Origin: Felis catus | Lineage: Eukaryota | DNA length: 64,000 nt | Assembly: GCF_018350175.1 (NCBI RefSeq) | Contig: NC_058382.1 | Coordinates: forward strand, 18,104,001-18,168,000 | Reading direction: 5' to 3' | Shown here: piece after piece, positions 22,143-33,394 of the stretch | How positions within the stretch are numbered: position 1 is the stretch's first letter | Layout of the letters: the number at the start of each line of letters is the position of its first letter | The notes under the pieces: generated by a model | What the model was told of the DNA's origin: nothing | Databases searched by the model: none | Seen by the model: only the letters and a program-made list of their open reading frames with translations | Made by a program: the position numbers and the translations under genes

Positions 22143-24319
22143 CTGTAAGAGCGACAGCAGTGTCCACGGCCGTGCCAGCGGAGCTTCGGGCGGCCCACTC
22201 CCTGACGCTGATGTTCCGAGACCCGAACGCAGGCACCCGCGCCCCGCTTCTCAAGAGGAACAGAGTCTCCCCTCTACCCACCCGTCCCCCCGCCCGGCAG
22301 ATTCTAAAAATCTGAGCCAAGATTCAAATTAAGAAATTTCACGTAATAGTTGGCATCTTGAGAAACGGAGTTGTGGCTTGTGTGCCTGGGAGGCAAGCAT
22401 GGGCCAGAGCTCCTTTACACGGGACCCAAGTACCCCTCGCGGGTCCCCCAGGGCAGGGGCGTTTGATTTTTCCACACTCCCTAGAGCTTTGGGCTCCGTG
22501 ATTTTGTTTTCTCTTCATCTCTACAATCAGTCCGACCATATCCCACCCCCGGCTAAAATCCTTCTCCAGAGCCCTGGCCGCGAGTCCCAAGCCCCCCCAG
22601 CTGGCATGAGCGGCTCGCAGGGGCCTGCAAAGGATGTGAACCCTACCTCGAAGGCCAGGGCTGGCAAACTAATGGAAGGTTTCACCTGAAAAATTCCAGA
22701 TTCGTGATTTTTACTCTATAAAACTGGGCAACCTCACCCAAGCTGTCAGCTGACTTGAGTGGCAGCTACCCCATTCAGCTGGGGCCCGCGCCTTCTCTCC
22801 AGTTCCTCCCTCTGGCTCACTTCAGGGCCTTCTAACAGCTGCCTGGGGGCGGCCTGCGCCGAAGCCCAAGACCCCACTTCAGGGCCTCCCGAGGCAAAGC
22901 TGTGCCAGAATCTTCCTTACCTTCCAAGCACAATACTAGGCACTGGTGTGGACACACAAGAAAGCCTCCGTCAACCCACAACTATCACACACCCTCATCC
23001 CTCCTGCCAGGACAGACCACAGACAAAAGCCGTCGGTGTTTGCTGAGGAGATGAAGCCTGGAGGAGGGATTTGGAGAGGAAGGCAAAGGAGTATGGTCTC
23101 CAGGCTGGGCGGTGCTGACAGGCGTTTACAGAGGGGGTCGGGGGTGAGGGGGGGGGGGGGAGTGAGAAAGGAGGGTGGGCCGGAATCACGCCCCTTACTC
23201 CTCACAGCCTCTGAGGCTGGTTCCTCCCCTTGACCCTGCTGTTGTCTCAAAGAACACGCCCGGCCTCGAACAGGCAAATCCCACCGCCGGCTCTTGGCTT
23301 TGTCTGCTCACTGCCAACCAGCCTTTCTCCGCGTCCGAGTGCTCCCCACCGTAGCCTGGGTGAGGACGCCCTCCTACATGGACTCTCCCGTCTTTCCACA
23401 AGAGTTCCCCAACGCCTTGCTGAGAACCTGCCCGGCACCGCACTCTGCCCCACCCCGGCTCTGGCGTGAGTGCACAATACCTGGGTCCCAGGGAGAGACC
23501 TGCACCTCCCCACGGAGGACGGCCGTGTCCTATGGTCTGGGAACTCCGTGGCCAAAAGACCACAGCGGAGCCCAGAGTCCAGCCCGGGCCTGGCGGCGCC
23601 GCCCCCTGCCCCCCGGCCCCCCGCAGCGCGCTCCACGCCACAGCAGGTGGCTCCTCCGCTTCCTGGTCTCCCCTCGCGCAGCCTGGCGAGCTCGAGCCCG
23701 GGCACCTTGCCGCGGCCCTACCTCACGCGGACTCCTCCCTTCCAGCCACCAGGGGGCGGGGATGGGGGGCCGGGCACAGCTTTTCCAGTTTGCGTTTCCT
23801 TCTTTAAATCGTCCCGCTTGCCCTACCGGGTGCAGGGTGCCCTGCGAGGCCAGAGTCGACGGTGGACTCCATCTCTGCCCTGCTGGTGCCCACAGCATCC
23901 CTGAGATGTGCGTCAACGGGGGGTACTGACACCGTGGATGTGCTGGCATCGAGGATCATACCGAGGGCCTGGGGAATGCCAGCGTGAGGCAACGACCTCT
24001 GCATGGGGGTGGGGCGTGGTGGACCTTTAGAGACAAGACTCGGAGAGGGAACATTTGGGCTGGTTTCCGAGGACAGGGGCATTAGGCAGGCAGGTGTGAA
24101 AAATTCAGAAATGGCGACATGGCAATACTTGGGGGGGGGGGCAGGCAGATACGGTGGGGCAGGGTGTAGGAAAGGCCAGGTTGCAAGGCCTTGAATGCCC
24201 TGTTTATGGGCCCGGGCCCTTGAGTGTAGGCCCCTTCATCAAGCAGGTGGTGAGGGTGGTCAGGCCTGTGGCTCAGGAAGACCATCTTGGCACATTTAAA
24301 ATGGTGGAAGACCGTTAAG

Positions 24320-25215
24320 ACCAAGGCCACATCCGTTCTACGGAAGTTACGCCCATACAACGTTGAAAACAATTCAGGAGAAAAACCTGCCAGGACTGGG
24401 GGGAGAAACGGGCAAATTCACAGATACAATTGGAGACGCTAACACTCCTCTCTCAGTAACTGATAGAACAAGTAGACAAAAAAGTCAGCACAGAAAACCT
24501 GAGCAGTGTCAGCCAACTTGACCTCGCTGACCGAGGAAACACTCCACACAACAGCAGCAGATACGTTCTCTTCAAGTGCACATGCAAACTTTCACAAGAC
24601 AGACCACGTTCAGGACCATAAAGTAAGGCTCGACAAATTTCAGGGCACTGAAATTGTATAATAAGAGTATGTTTCTAATGAGAACAGAACTAAACTAGAA
24701 ATCAGAAACAAAAAAATTACCCAGAAAACCCACACGACTGGAAGAAGAAATCGTAAGGAAAACTGGAAAATATTTTAAACTGAACGATAATGAAAACCAA
24801 TATATCCAAATGGGATGCAGCTGAAGCAGCAGTGGAGTGAAATTTGCAACCAGAAGGGCCTGTGCTAGGAAAAAGAAAGGTTTAAATCATCTTAAAAGGC
24901 TAGGGAAAGACCCCCAAACAAATTAAATCCAAAGTAAATAGATGGAACGAATTCACAACATTAAGAGTAGGAACTGGGGCGCCTGGGTGGCGCAGTCGGT
25001 TAAGCGTCCGACTTCAGCCAGGTCACGATCTCGCGGTCCGTGAGTTCGAGCCCCGCGTCGGGCTCTGGGCTGATGGCTCAGAGCCTGGAGCCTGTTTCCG
25101 ATTCTGTGTCTCCCTCTCTCTCTGCCCCTCCCCCGTTCATGCTCTGTCTCTCTCTGTCCCAAAAATAAATAAACGTTGAAGAAAAAAGAGTAGGAACTAA
25201 TGAAATAAAAAAAAA
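24320..25215 (+). mobile_element. Old L1 ORF2 (endonuclease region) fragment in USF2 intron 7
   Basis: A-rich, L1-like segments (agaacaagtagacaaaa, ttcaagtgcacatg, actagaaatcag, tgggatgcagctgaagcag). Confidence 0.75.
24976..25185 (+). mobile_element. Young SINEC_Fc insertion
   Basis: Near-consensus, CpG-rich; 13-bp TSD AAGAGTAGGAACT (24963-24975, 25186-25198). Confidence 0.96.
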
Positions 25216-28200
25216 CAATCCCATCCGGCATTTAAAAACCAGATTTCACACAGAGATCTGGATTTCTGGCTCCTCAGAGGATCCGGGCAACAGGGGACCC
25301 AAAGTCTGACACGGCTGCAGTGGGCTGGCGCTGCACGGGCCACCCTCAGGCAGGACCCGCAGGACCCAGTTTCCCGTGGGGCCTGGAGACAGGCTCCTGT
25401 GGTTCCAAGAAACGGGGGAAAAGACGGAAAAAGGAGAAAGAGAACCTGATTTGAAGTCCGCTTTGGCACAGGATCTCAGGGTTCGCAGAGGGAAGGAGAA
25501 GGGGGCAGAGTGGACAGTGGCCCTGGCATTCGGTTCCAGCTTGGGTAATTACCACAGGGGAGCCTTATGCCGCTCTGGAAAGAGAAATGTTGCCTGGGAG
25601 CCTTTGGGGAGGGGAGACGGCAGGCTCTGTTTCGGACAAATTGAGTACGAAGGGGTCTCTAGGACATCCAGAAATGAAGATTTTGAATGGGCAGCTCAAA
25701 CTATGGGTCTGGAGATCAAGAGAGAAGAATGGAATAGAGACAGCTTGGCACACAGCCAGGGCCGGGGCGTTGGCGGGGGGGCTGGGAGGACACTGAAGAC
25801 TGGTTCTCATCTTGTCCGAGTCACATACTCTTTTCTGGAGAAACGATCGACACCTACAATAGGGGATAAGGCTTTGGGGATATTGACCATCCCTGGGCCT
25901 AATGTTTCAACTCTCCTGAGGCCTACAGAAGAGGGGCGAGACCTCAACGGAAACCATCAGTCAAAGCAGTTTCCCACCCCTGCCCAACGGGAAGAATCAC
26001 CTGGGTAACTTGTTGAAATACAGACTCCTGGGCCTCCCTCTGACCCACTTGTTCAGAACCTTGAGAGGACAGCCCTGGAGATAGAGACCGTTAACATGCT
26101 TCCCGGAGCTATTGGGATGCTATGCTCTGAGGAACAGGCTGGGAAGGAAAAGCAGAGAGTGCAGAAAAACCAGAGCGGGTAGAGCAGAAGGAACATTCCC
26201 GAAAGAAGGACAACAGGCAGGGTCAGATGCTTGGAGCACAGACAGGAAAGGAAGCCAGTGGATTTGGCAATGAGGTCATCCTGAGTGACCTTAGATGGAC
26301 GTCTTTTGGTAGAGAAATGAGCCAGACTGCCAAGGGTACAGGGAGGATGGGCAGAGGGTGGGTCAAATACTGTGCAGGTCAGGAGAGAACAGGATGCAGC
26401 TGGAGAGAGACAGGGTTATGAGAGAGACGGTTTTTTGTAGGACGAGAAAGATTCACGACTTTACAGCTAGACCAACCTAGTGAGAGGCAGAGAGTGACGA
26501 GTGGGGTGGAGGGTGGCTGGATGGTATCCCCGAGTCACTGGTGCAGCCTTACCAGGCGGCACACCGTGCTGCTGGGGGGGGCTCGTGTGTCCGTACTGGC
26601 TGAAGTCACCATGAGTGTCCGGGGGAGCCGCGCGGGCACCATTCTACACAACCCCAAACAGGCACAGACACTGAGAAGCAGCCTCGCGTCACGCAGCCAG
26701 TAAGTAGCAGGGCCACGACTGCCTGGGATCCCACTGGAGGCCCCTCAGACACACCGCAGCCCAAACCAAGCTCAGACCTGCCCCTTCCCTACAAAGCGAC
26801 CTGCTGCCATCGTGAAGCCCTGGCTCTCAAGCCTTGGAATCATCTCCCCGACGCGCTCCCCTACCTCATGCCCTGTCCTATCCCGAGCCAACATCTGCAA
26901 TTACCTCCTATGCTCCCAGCCCCCGGTGTCCCATCACCTTGCCATCCAGCGTCCATACACAAACCCCTCTGCTGGCTGGAATAAAAACCCGGGAGCAGGG
27001 ATGCTAGGAGGGCCTCTTACAAGGCCCTGCGTGACCCCGGTCCCAGACAGCCCTCCTGAAACTCCAACTTCCTCTTTCCTTCTCGGACTCCTGCTCTTCT
27101 TCAAAGACACCAAGTCTGTTCTGGCTTCGGCCTGGGCGTCTGCACTTAAGCATCCTCAGGCACCTGGCCGACCCGTTCAAGCCTCTGCTCAAATGTCACC
27201 TCTCAGAGGGGCCTACGGAGCACGCTGTCTCCGTTACCCTCCAACCTCCCACGCAGCTTTATGTTCCTAGTCGTGATTTACGCTACCTCACGGCACACCG
27301 CAGCTTTGGGTGACTTCTGTCTCTCCCACCAGAACGGACACCGGGAGAGCCAAGACCTCATCTCTTCTATCATCCACTGTACCTGAGGCCCTAAAACACA
27401 GGCATATACGTGGTACAGATATGCTCAACGCCAAGCTCAATGAGCTGCTCCGATCACAGGTACAAAGGCCCAAACCCAGCTGAACACTGTGGGGAGTCTC
27501 AGGGCCTCGCCTGACATTCAAGGCCCTCCTTAGTCCTCCCCGGTCCCCCGCCCCCAAGCACTCCGCATGGAACCTCTGCTATGACCACACCAGCACTCCC
27601 CGAAGCAGCTGCAGGCCACTCTGCCTGCCCTCCAGCCTGCGTTCCCCTCTGCCTGACACACACTCCTAAAGGCCATCTCTCTGGGGAAGAAACCAGCCTG
27701 AACTCCATCCAGCCTCCTTGACACTGCAGACCGGGCTCCAGACCTGGCACGGGGTGGGGGGCGGGGGGGACGTGCTTGCCACCCAGCCCAGAATCCACCT
27801 TCAGGAAACATTTGCTGAGAGACAACTGTCAAGACATAAACGTTCCCCTGGACTTGCATGTGACCACGTCCACGACAGTGGCTACGGACTGGGGGCAGGC
27901 AGGGCTCGGGGTGGGGAACTAGGGGACATCACGAAGGGCCAAAATGACCGTAGGGTGGGCTTTGGTGTTTACAAAAGGCACGATGCCCCAGCCTTGGCCA
28001 GCCAGAGGCACAGCTTCTGGAAGTCAGGTAGGCAGGGGAATGAGGGACTTGAGGTCAATGACAGCCACCAATGGAAAGATAGTTCTAGGGGCATCAAATC
28101 AACTCGAGTTTTCAACAGGCAGGAAATCCGTATGTGAATGTGAAACACGCCATTTCAGATGCTGACCGTTAATTCGAGATCACTAACCAAGATGACAAAA

Positions 28201-28377
28201 CACATTCCAATTCACACCTCCTGCCTGTCTGTTCCTGACAACGAACTCCCACCCGTTTCTACTCTTCCGGCATTCAACGAACACCTTTTGTGCGCTTCTA
28301 GCACGTCGCTGATCTGTGACACCAAGCACCAGGCCTGGCTGTGCCTGTGAGACCCAGAAACTCCACCCCAGCCTTAC

Positions 28378-28436
28378 CTTCGTTGTGCTGGGCCCTCCTT
28401 CTTTCATCCCGTGGTGTTCTGGTTCCGTCAATTTTC
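28378..28436 (-). CDS. USF2: USF2 exon 7 (59 nt)
   Basis: KIDGTRTPRDERRRAQHNE; ctag|...AAG|gtaagg. Confidence 0.95.
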
Positions 28437-28727
28437 CTAGAAAAGGAAAAAGACGGGCACGTATTATCTCAGGTACCGTTTGCCTGAACATCTACTAAAG
28501 AGTCAGACTTGAGAGTCAGCTGTGTAAAATAAACTCTTACGCAGAAATAGAAAAACGGTAATTCCCTTACACTCAAGAAGCAGAAACAGACCAAAAACGC
28601 ATACTGACTGCCTGCCGTGTGCTCAACTGCCTGGCTCTCATTCCAGAAAACCTTCCCTTCCTTTGGCCCTCTCACACCAGGCCCTCCCAGGGTCCCCTGC
28701 TCCTGGGAACAGGTCTCCTGCACGTAC

Positions 28728-28815
28728 GGGGAGTAGGGGTGTGTCCGAGGTGCAATTGTCCTCTGTGTTCCTGTCTGAAGCACGTCCTGTGGCGTCATCA
28801 TGACATAGAACTGGC
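28728..28815 (-). CDS. USF2: USF2 exon 6 (USF-specific region)
   Basis: QFYVMMTPQDVLQTGTQRTIAPRTHPYS; AG/GT. Confidence 0.96.
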
Positions 28816-28937
28816 CTGCAGCGAAAGCAGGGGTTAGTGCAAAAACTGGGGGGCAGTGAGAACTGGTTAGGGGGCTTCCCTCCCTGCCAGGCCTGCTGCC
28901 TCCCCTGCCTTCCGCCCTGGCCCCTTCCTCCCTTTAC

Positions 28938-29088
28938 CTCCGGCCTGCAAGCTCTGGTCTGTGGTCTGTACGGATACAGCTGTGGTATCTCCCACACTGG
29001 ATGCTGGGAAATAGGCAAAGCGTGCCTCCCCACTGACAGCCTCAGCTGCAGGGCTGCCGCCATTGCTGAAGGGATTTTGGATTACGGC
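28938..29088 (-). CDS. USF2: USF2 exon 5
   Basis: AVIQNPFSNGGSPAAEAVSGEARFAYFPASSVGDTTAVSVQTTDQSLQAG; AG/GT. Confidence 0.96.
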
Positions 29089-29511
29089 CTGGGGAGTAGG
29101 AGGACACAGAGGCCACCCTTAGCCATCTTTGTTCCCCAACCCGCTCCCGTGTTGCTGTGTCTGACATTCACTGCATTCTATGGCGAACGGAAAACCCCTG
29201 TGTGCCACTCCACTCTGTCTCCTAGCCCCGGAACTCAGCAGATACTCAGTGATCACCTGATGGGTTGATTCATTTTTACCTCTAAGAGTCTTTCCTGTTA
29301 CTCTCATCCCCCTTTTACAGAAAACAACAACAAAAAAAATGACATTTCAAAACTCCTGACCCAAATTTCACCTTGCAGAACAGGAATATGACCCACACAA
29401 CGCAATGGGTCTAAAGGCAGCATCTGTGTCCCACCTGCCCCACTCCCTGGGGATCCCCAAGAAGAGAGTTACTGTCCCCTCTCCATCCCCCCAGGGGTTG
29501 TGGGCACCTAC

Positions 29512-29712
29512 CAGTGGGAAGGGTGCTGCGGGACCTGGGGGCACAGATGCAGCAGTGGGGCCAGGACGTTGGGCTGCCCCATCCACACCCACCTGGGTCA
29601 CAGCCTGCTGACCCCCAGCGAAGGCAGCCGTAGACACAACGCTGACGGCGCCAGCCGTGTCGCCCTGGCCATCCAGCTGACCATCAGTCACCTGGACTAC
29701 GCGGTACGTCAC
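29512..29712 (-). CDS. USF2: USF2 exon 4 (201 nt, skipped in USF2b)
   Basis: VTYRVVQVTDGQLDGQGDTAGAVSVVSTAAF...APFPL; AG/GT; frame-preserving. Confidence 0.96.
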
Positions 29713-29847
29713 CTGCAGGGGGCAGCAAAGCGGCGAGATGGGTTCTAGGGTCCCGGCAGGGGCCAGGTCCGCGCCCCTCCCAGCTCGCCCTCTGGACCCT
29801 CAGCTCAACACTCCACTTGCCCGCGGGCTTCCGGCCCGGAGCCTCAC

Positions 29848-29966
29848 CTGTCCTCCATTATTCTCTGTGCGGAACTGGTACTGGATGTTGTGGTCGCCAA
29901 ACGCCGCCTGCTGGACGCTGGCGATGGCCACCGCCGTCTGCTCCTCCGCCCCAGGGCCGTCCCCGC
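29848..29966 (-). CDS. USF2: USF2 exon 3
   Basis: GDGPGAEEQTAVAIASVQQAAFGDHNIQYQFRTENNGGQ; AG/GT. Confidence 0.95.
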
Positions 29967-30075
29967 CTGCGGTCGGGGGGGGGGGGGGGGATGGTCAGTG
30001 GTCACGCGGCCTAGGCGCCCCCAGTCCCCTCCCCGGGCTCAGGCCGCAGACCCGGTGGGCCCCTCGAGTACTCAC

Positions 30076-30122
30076 CTTCCTGCAGCTCGACGCCCTCCTC
30101 TGCCTCGGGTCCCTTGTCGTGA
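30076..30122 (-). CDS. USF2: USF2 exon 2 (47 nt); exon 1 with the ATG is inferred to lie in N gap 30368-30689
   Basis: HDKGPEAEEGVELQE; cgcag|...AAG|gtgagt. Confidence 0.93.
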
Positions 30123-30983
30123 CTGCGAGGAGGACGGGAAGGAGAGGGGGTCAGGGCCGCCCCCGCCCCTTTGCCCAGGTGCACGGCCCCCGTCCCGCCC
30201 AGCCCGGTCTGGAGCTGGGATACCGCCAGGACCCGGGACCCAGGGTATTAGCGCGGGGCCCCCCTCCCTCCCGGCCTCCATTTTGAGCTGGGCCCGGCGG
30301 CCGCTCGGGATCATGGCGGCCCGGTCGCCAGGCCGAAGGGCCGGGACCGGGGCGCGCGGGGGCACGGNNNNNNNNNNNNNNNNNNNNNNNNNNNNNNNNN
30401 NNNNNNNNNNNNNNNNNNNNNNNNNNNNNNNNNNNNNNNNNNNNNNNNNNNNNNNNNNNNNNNNNNNNNNNNNNNNNNNNNNNNNNNNNNNNNNNNNNNN
30501 NNNNNNNNNNNNNNNNNNNNNNNNNNNNNNNNNNNNNNNNNNNNNNNNNNNNNNNNNNNNNNNNNNNNNNNNNNNNNNNNNNNNNNNNNNNNNNNNNNNN
30601 NNNNNNNNNNNNNNNNNNNNNNNNNNNNNNNNNNNNNNNNNNNNNNNNNNNNNNNNNNNNNNNNNNNNNNNNNNNNNNNNNNNNNNNNNCCTCCGCCCGC
30701 CCGCCCTCCGGCTCCCGGCGGCTCCCGGCTCCGGGACGCAGCGCGGCCGCCCCCCGCCCGCTGCACGCGGCCCTCAGGCCTCCTTCCCTGAGCAGCCGCC
30801 GCCGCCGCCGCGACTTTTTTTTTAACCCGGCCCGCCCTGGATGGCTGCCGCCTCTCCCCTGGATCGCCGGCTCGCGCGTCCGCCGCCCGGCCTGGCCCAG
30901 TCCGGCGGCGGATCGCTGCTGCAGCCGCCGCTGCTTTCTATTTTTTCCCCCTTTTTTTCCTCCTTTACTTGAGCTGCGCGCGC

Positions 30984-31019
30984 GCGGCGGCGGCGGCAGC
31001 GGCGGCGGCGGCGGCGGCG
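30984..31019. repeat. (GCG)4 GCA (GCG)7 trinucleotide repeat
   Basis: Read directly. Confidence 0.95.
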
Positions 31020-31635
31020 CGAGCCCGGGGCCGACGCGCGCGGGGGGAGGGCAGCCCCCGGGGAGCGCGCGCGCTGTGTGTCTCGGATGGCGGGCGGGCG
31101 CGCGCGGGCCCGGGTCTCGGCGGGGCGCGAGGTCGCCGTCGCCGCCTCCGCCTGGCACCCGCCGACAGGCCGCCCGGTGGAACGCGGGCCCAGATGGAAC
31201 GCCAGGGGACCCGGAGGAGGGGCTCTGGTCGCCCGGGACGAGGCAGGCTGCGGGGTTTGGAGAAGTAAAGTAGGTCGGGGGGGGGGCGGGGAGGTGAACG
31301 GGGTTGAAGGGGAGAGGCGCGCGCGCGCGCTCCCGGCGGCCGGGCGGAGGTGCGCGAAGGCGGAGGCCTGGGGCGCATGCGCACGTCTGGGCGGGGCCGG
31401 GGCGCGCACGCAAGGCCAGGCGGAGCCTGCGTGGGGCACGTACTCCCGGCCTGGGGAGGAAGGCAGACCCGGTTCTTTCCTCCCGGCCCAGGAGGCAAGT
31501 CCTGAGAGAAAACTGGACACATGGCCTTTTGCACACTCGCAGGCACGCACACACAGACGCAGCAGCTCCCCGGCTACCCACTTCGTGCAGCAAAACAAAC
31601 ACTTCCCTCTAGACACAGGCCTTGTAATGATAAGT

Positions 31636-31641
31636 TTTATT
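31636..31641 (-). terminator. LSR polyadenylation signal AATAAA
   Basis: tttatt about 105 nt after the LSR stop codon. Confidence 0.8.
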
Positions 31642-31744
31642 AGACTTAGGAGGGCAAGATAATCAATAGTCCCTCAAATTAAAAAACAAAAAACCACAAA
31701 AAAAAAAAAAAAAACAGTACAAAAGGTACATACAAAACGTGAGA

Positions 31745-31780
31745 TCAGACGACTAAACTTTCTCGACTCAGGGCCAAGTT
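31745..31780 (-). CDS. LSR: LSR exon 10 (C-terminal PDZ-binding SLVV, stop)
   Basis: NLALSRESLVV*; acceptor ttgcag. Confidence 0.96.
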   Translation of the reverse strand, partial: NLALSRESLVV

Positions 31781-31870
31781 CTGCAAGGGAGAAAAAAAGA
31801 GGGTGTGAGCTGGGGACTCTGGAGGAAAGTCCAGGAAGGGTCTTAAAGCCAGGGAGGGCTGTTCACTCAC

Positions 31871-32496
31871 CTTCTTAAGCCTCCTCTCCCGTGAAGCCTG
31901 GGAGTCGGTCTCAGAGTAAGGGGGAGGCGCTGGAGGGTAGTAGGCCTCCTCATCTTCCTCCCTGTAAGGTCTCCTCCTCTCAGCTGGCCCCTTTTTCCTC
32001 AAGGCCTCTTCCAATAGCCGCCCATCATATTGGGGGTCCCCAGACCTGGAGCTATCTTCCCGAGGGTCCCGGGAGCGGTGGTAGCGGGACCTAGGGTCAG
32101 CATAAGGGCGGTCTCTAGACCTGAAGTCATCATAGTGGGGATCCCGGGAGTGTGGAAATTCCCTTGGGTCATCTTGGTCATAGAGATCATCCCGGCTTCG
32201 GCTTCTGGGAGGTCCATACGCTTGGCCTCTCCTCCCCCTACTTGGGGGAGACCTCCTCCCAGATTCAGCAGAGCTTGGCCGGGTAAGGTCATCCAGAGCA
32301 TCCACAGATCGTGCACGGGGCCGCCCGGCCCCCCAGCCACTCCCTGGCCGCTCCGTGGGGGCCTCTTGCTCCCACCGCCTGGGACTCTGAGGGGAGTGGT
32401 GACTCCATTCTTCATCTCGGATTGGGGTAAGGGCAGGACCCCGGGATGGCCGGGATCTCCAGTCGTCCTCATGGAGGGAGGTGACTTCACTCATAG
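31871..32496 (-). CDS. LSR: LSR exon 9 (626 nt, Arg/Asp/Ser-rich cytoplasmic region)
   Basis: MSEVTSLHEDDWRSRPSRGPALTPIRDEEW...RARSVDAL...PPPYSETDSQASRERRLKK; AG/GT. Confidence 0.96.
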
Positions 32497-32789
32497 CTGT
32501 AGGGAAGGGAGGGGTGGGGGTGTGTCACTGACTGCTGGGAGGTCAGGAACTCCAGGGCCCAGCAGTGTCACCCACTTGGCTCATACACTTTCTAGAAGAC
32601 CCTAAACTTCTCATCTTTTTAAGTATTGACATGCAGGGTCCCGTACACTTCTCGCTGTGGCTGTGGCTGTGGCAGGGAAGGAGGGACTGTGCCCAGGATT
32701 TGCCACAAGCATACACAGGGCAGGTGTCAGGGAGACTTGGTTCTCCCTCCCCACTCAGGAACCCCTCAAACCCCAAGGCTCCCACTCAC

Positions 32790-32921
32790 CCCGCTCTACG
32801 CGGCCATTGGGGGCACCAGGTCGAGAAGGGTCAAAGTTGGCCAGCTCTTTTTCCATGTAGTACAGGACCCGCATGGAGTCGTCCTGCTGGCTGGCCTGAA
32901 TTCTGTAGCCACTGCGGACTT
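32790..32921 (-). CDS. LSR: LSR exon 8 (132 nt)
   Basis: VRSGYRIQASQQDDSMRVLYYMEKELANFDPSRPG; AG/GT. Confidence 0.95.
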
Positions 32922-33020
32922 CTAAGGGCAGGAGATGGAGGTGATCAGTTTAGAAGAGCAGATGTAGACCCAGCTCCCTCCCCTAAAGGCATGTCCGATC
33001 TTTTAACAGTTGGTTCTTAC

Positions 33021-33080
33021 CAGAGGTCACACTGCTGTCTGTGTCACGAAGCAGGGGTACCTGGGAGCTGTGGCCACCAA
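33021..33080 (-). CDS. LSR: LSR exon 7 (60 nt)
   Basis: GGHSSQVPLLRDTDSSVTS; ctcag|...CTG|gtaaga. Confidence 0.93.
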
Positions 33081-33232
33081 CTGAGGGAGATGACTGTCAG
33101 TGGCTGTCTACCTGGAGCAACCCATATCCAGCCTCCTCTCCCCTGCCTCCAATCCCCTCTTTCTTCCAGCCCCAGACCCCTTAGGACCCAAATGTCCAGC
33201 CTACCCCCTGCCCTGGCTCCCCCAGGCCTCAC

Positions 33233-33394
33233 CTGAGCTATTCCTGTCGAAGTCTCCAGGGTACCCATTGTAGATGGGGCCCATGGGAATCATGGCTGGT
33301 GGGGGCGGGGTCTTGGCAGGGGAGAGGTGAGCATAGGTGCTTGGGGCGTAGATGCTTGGGACGCCTGAGGTGGCGGCTTTGCCGGCAGCATACA
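33233..33394 (-). CDS. LSR: LSR exon 6 (162 nt)
   Basis: YAAGKAATSGVPSIYAPSTYAHLSPAKTPPPPAMIPMGP...; AG/GT. Confidence 0.95.

Larger units (their letters stand above)
29700..31560. promoter_or_regulatory. CpG island / USF2 promoter with NRF1 palindrome GCGCATGCGC (31373-31382) and GC boxes
   Basis: Very high GC and CpG density; GGGGCGGG motifs; NRF1 consensus seen directly. Confidence 0.85.

Noticed and set aside
24976-25050. tRNA-like A/B boxes
   Set aside because: Head of a tRNA-derived SINE, not a tRNA gene.
24953-25231. Short ORFs with FFNVYLFLGQRETE... (also 50172-50411 and 56650-56844)
   Set aside because: Translations of antisense Can-SINEs, not genes.
30368-30689. Apparent loss of USF2 exon 1 and its start codon
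   Set aside because: The expected position is an N gap in extremely GC-rich DNA.
30151-31602. 483-aa and other long ORFs over the USF2 promoter
   Set aside because: They span a 322-nt N gap and a stop-poor CpG island; artefactual.
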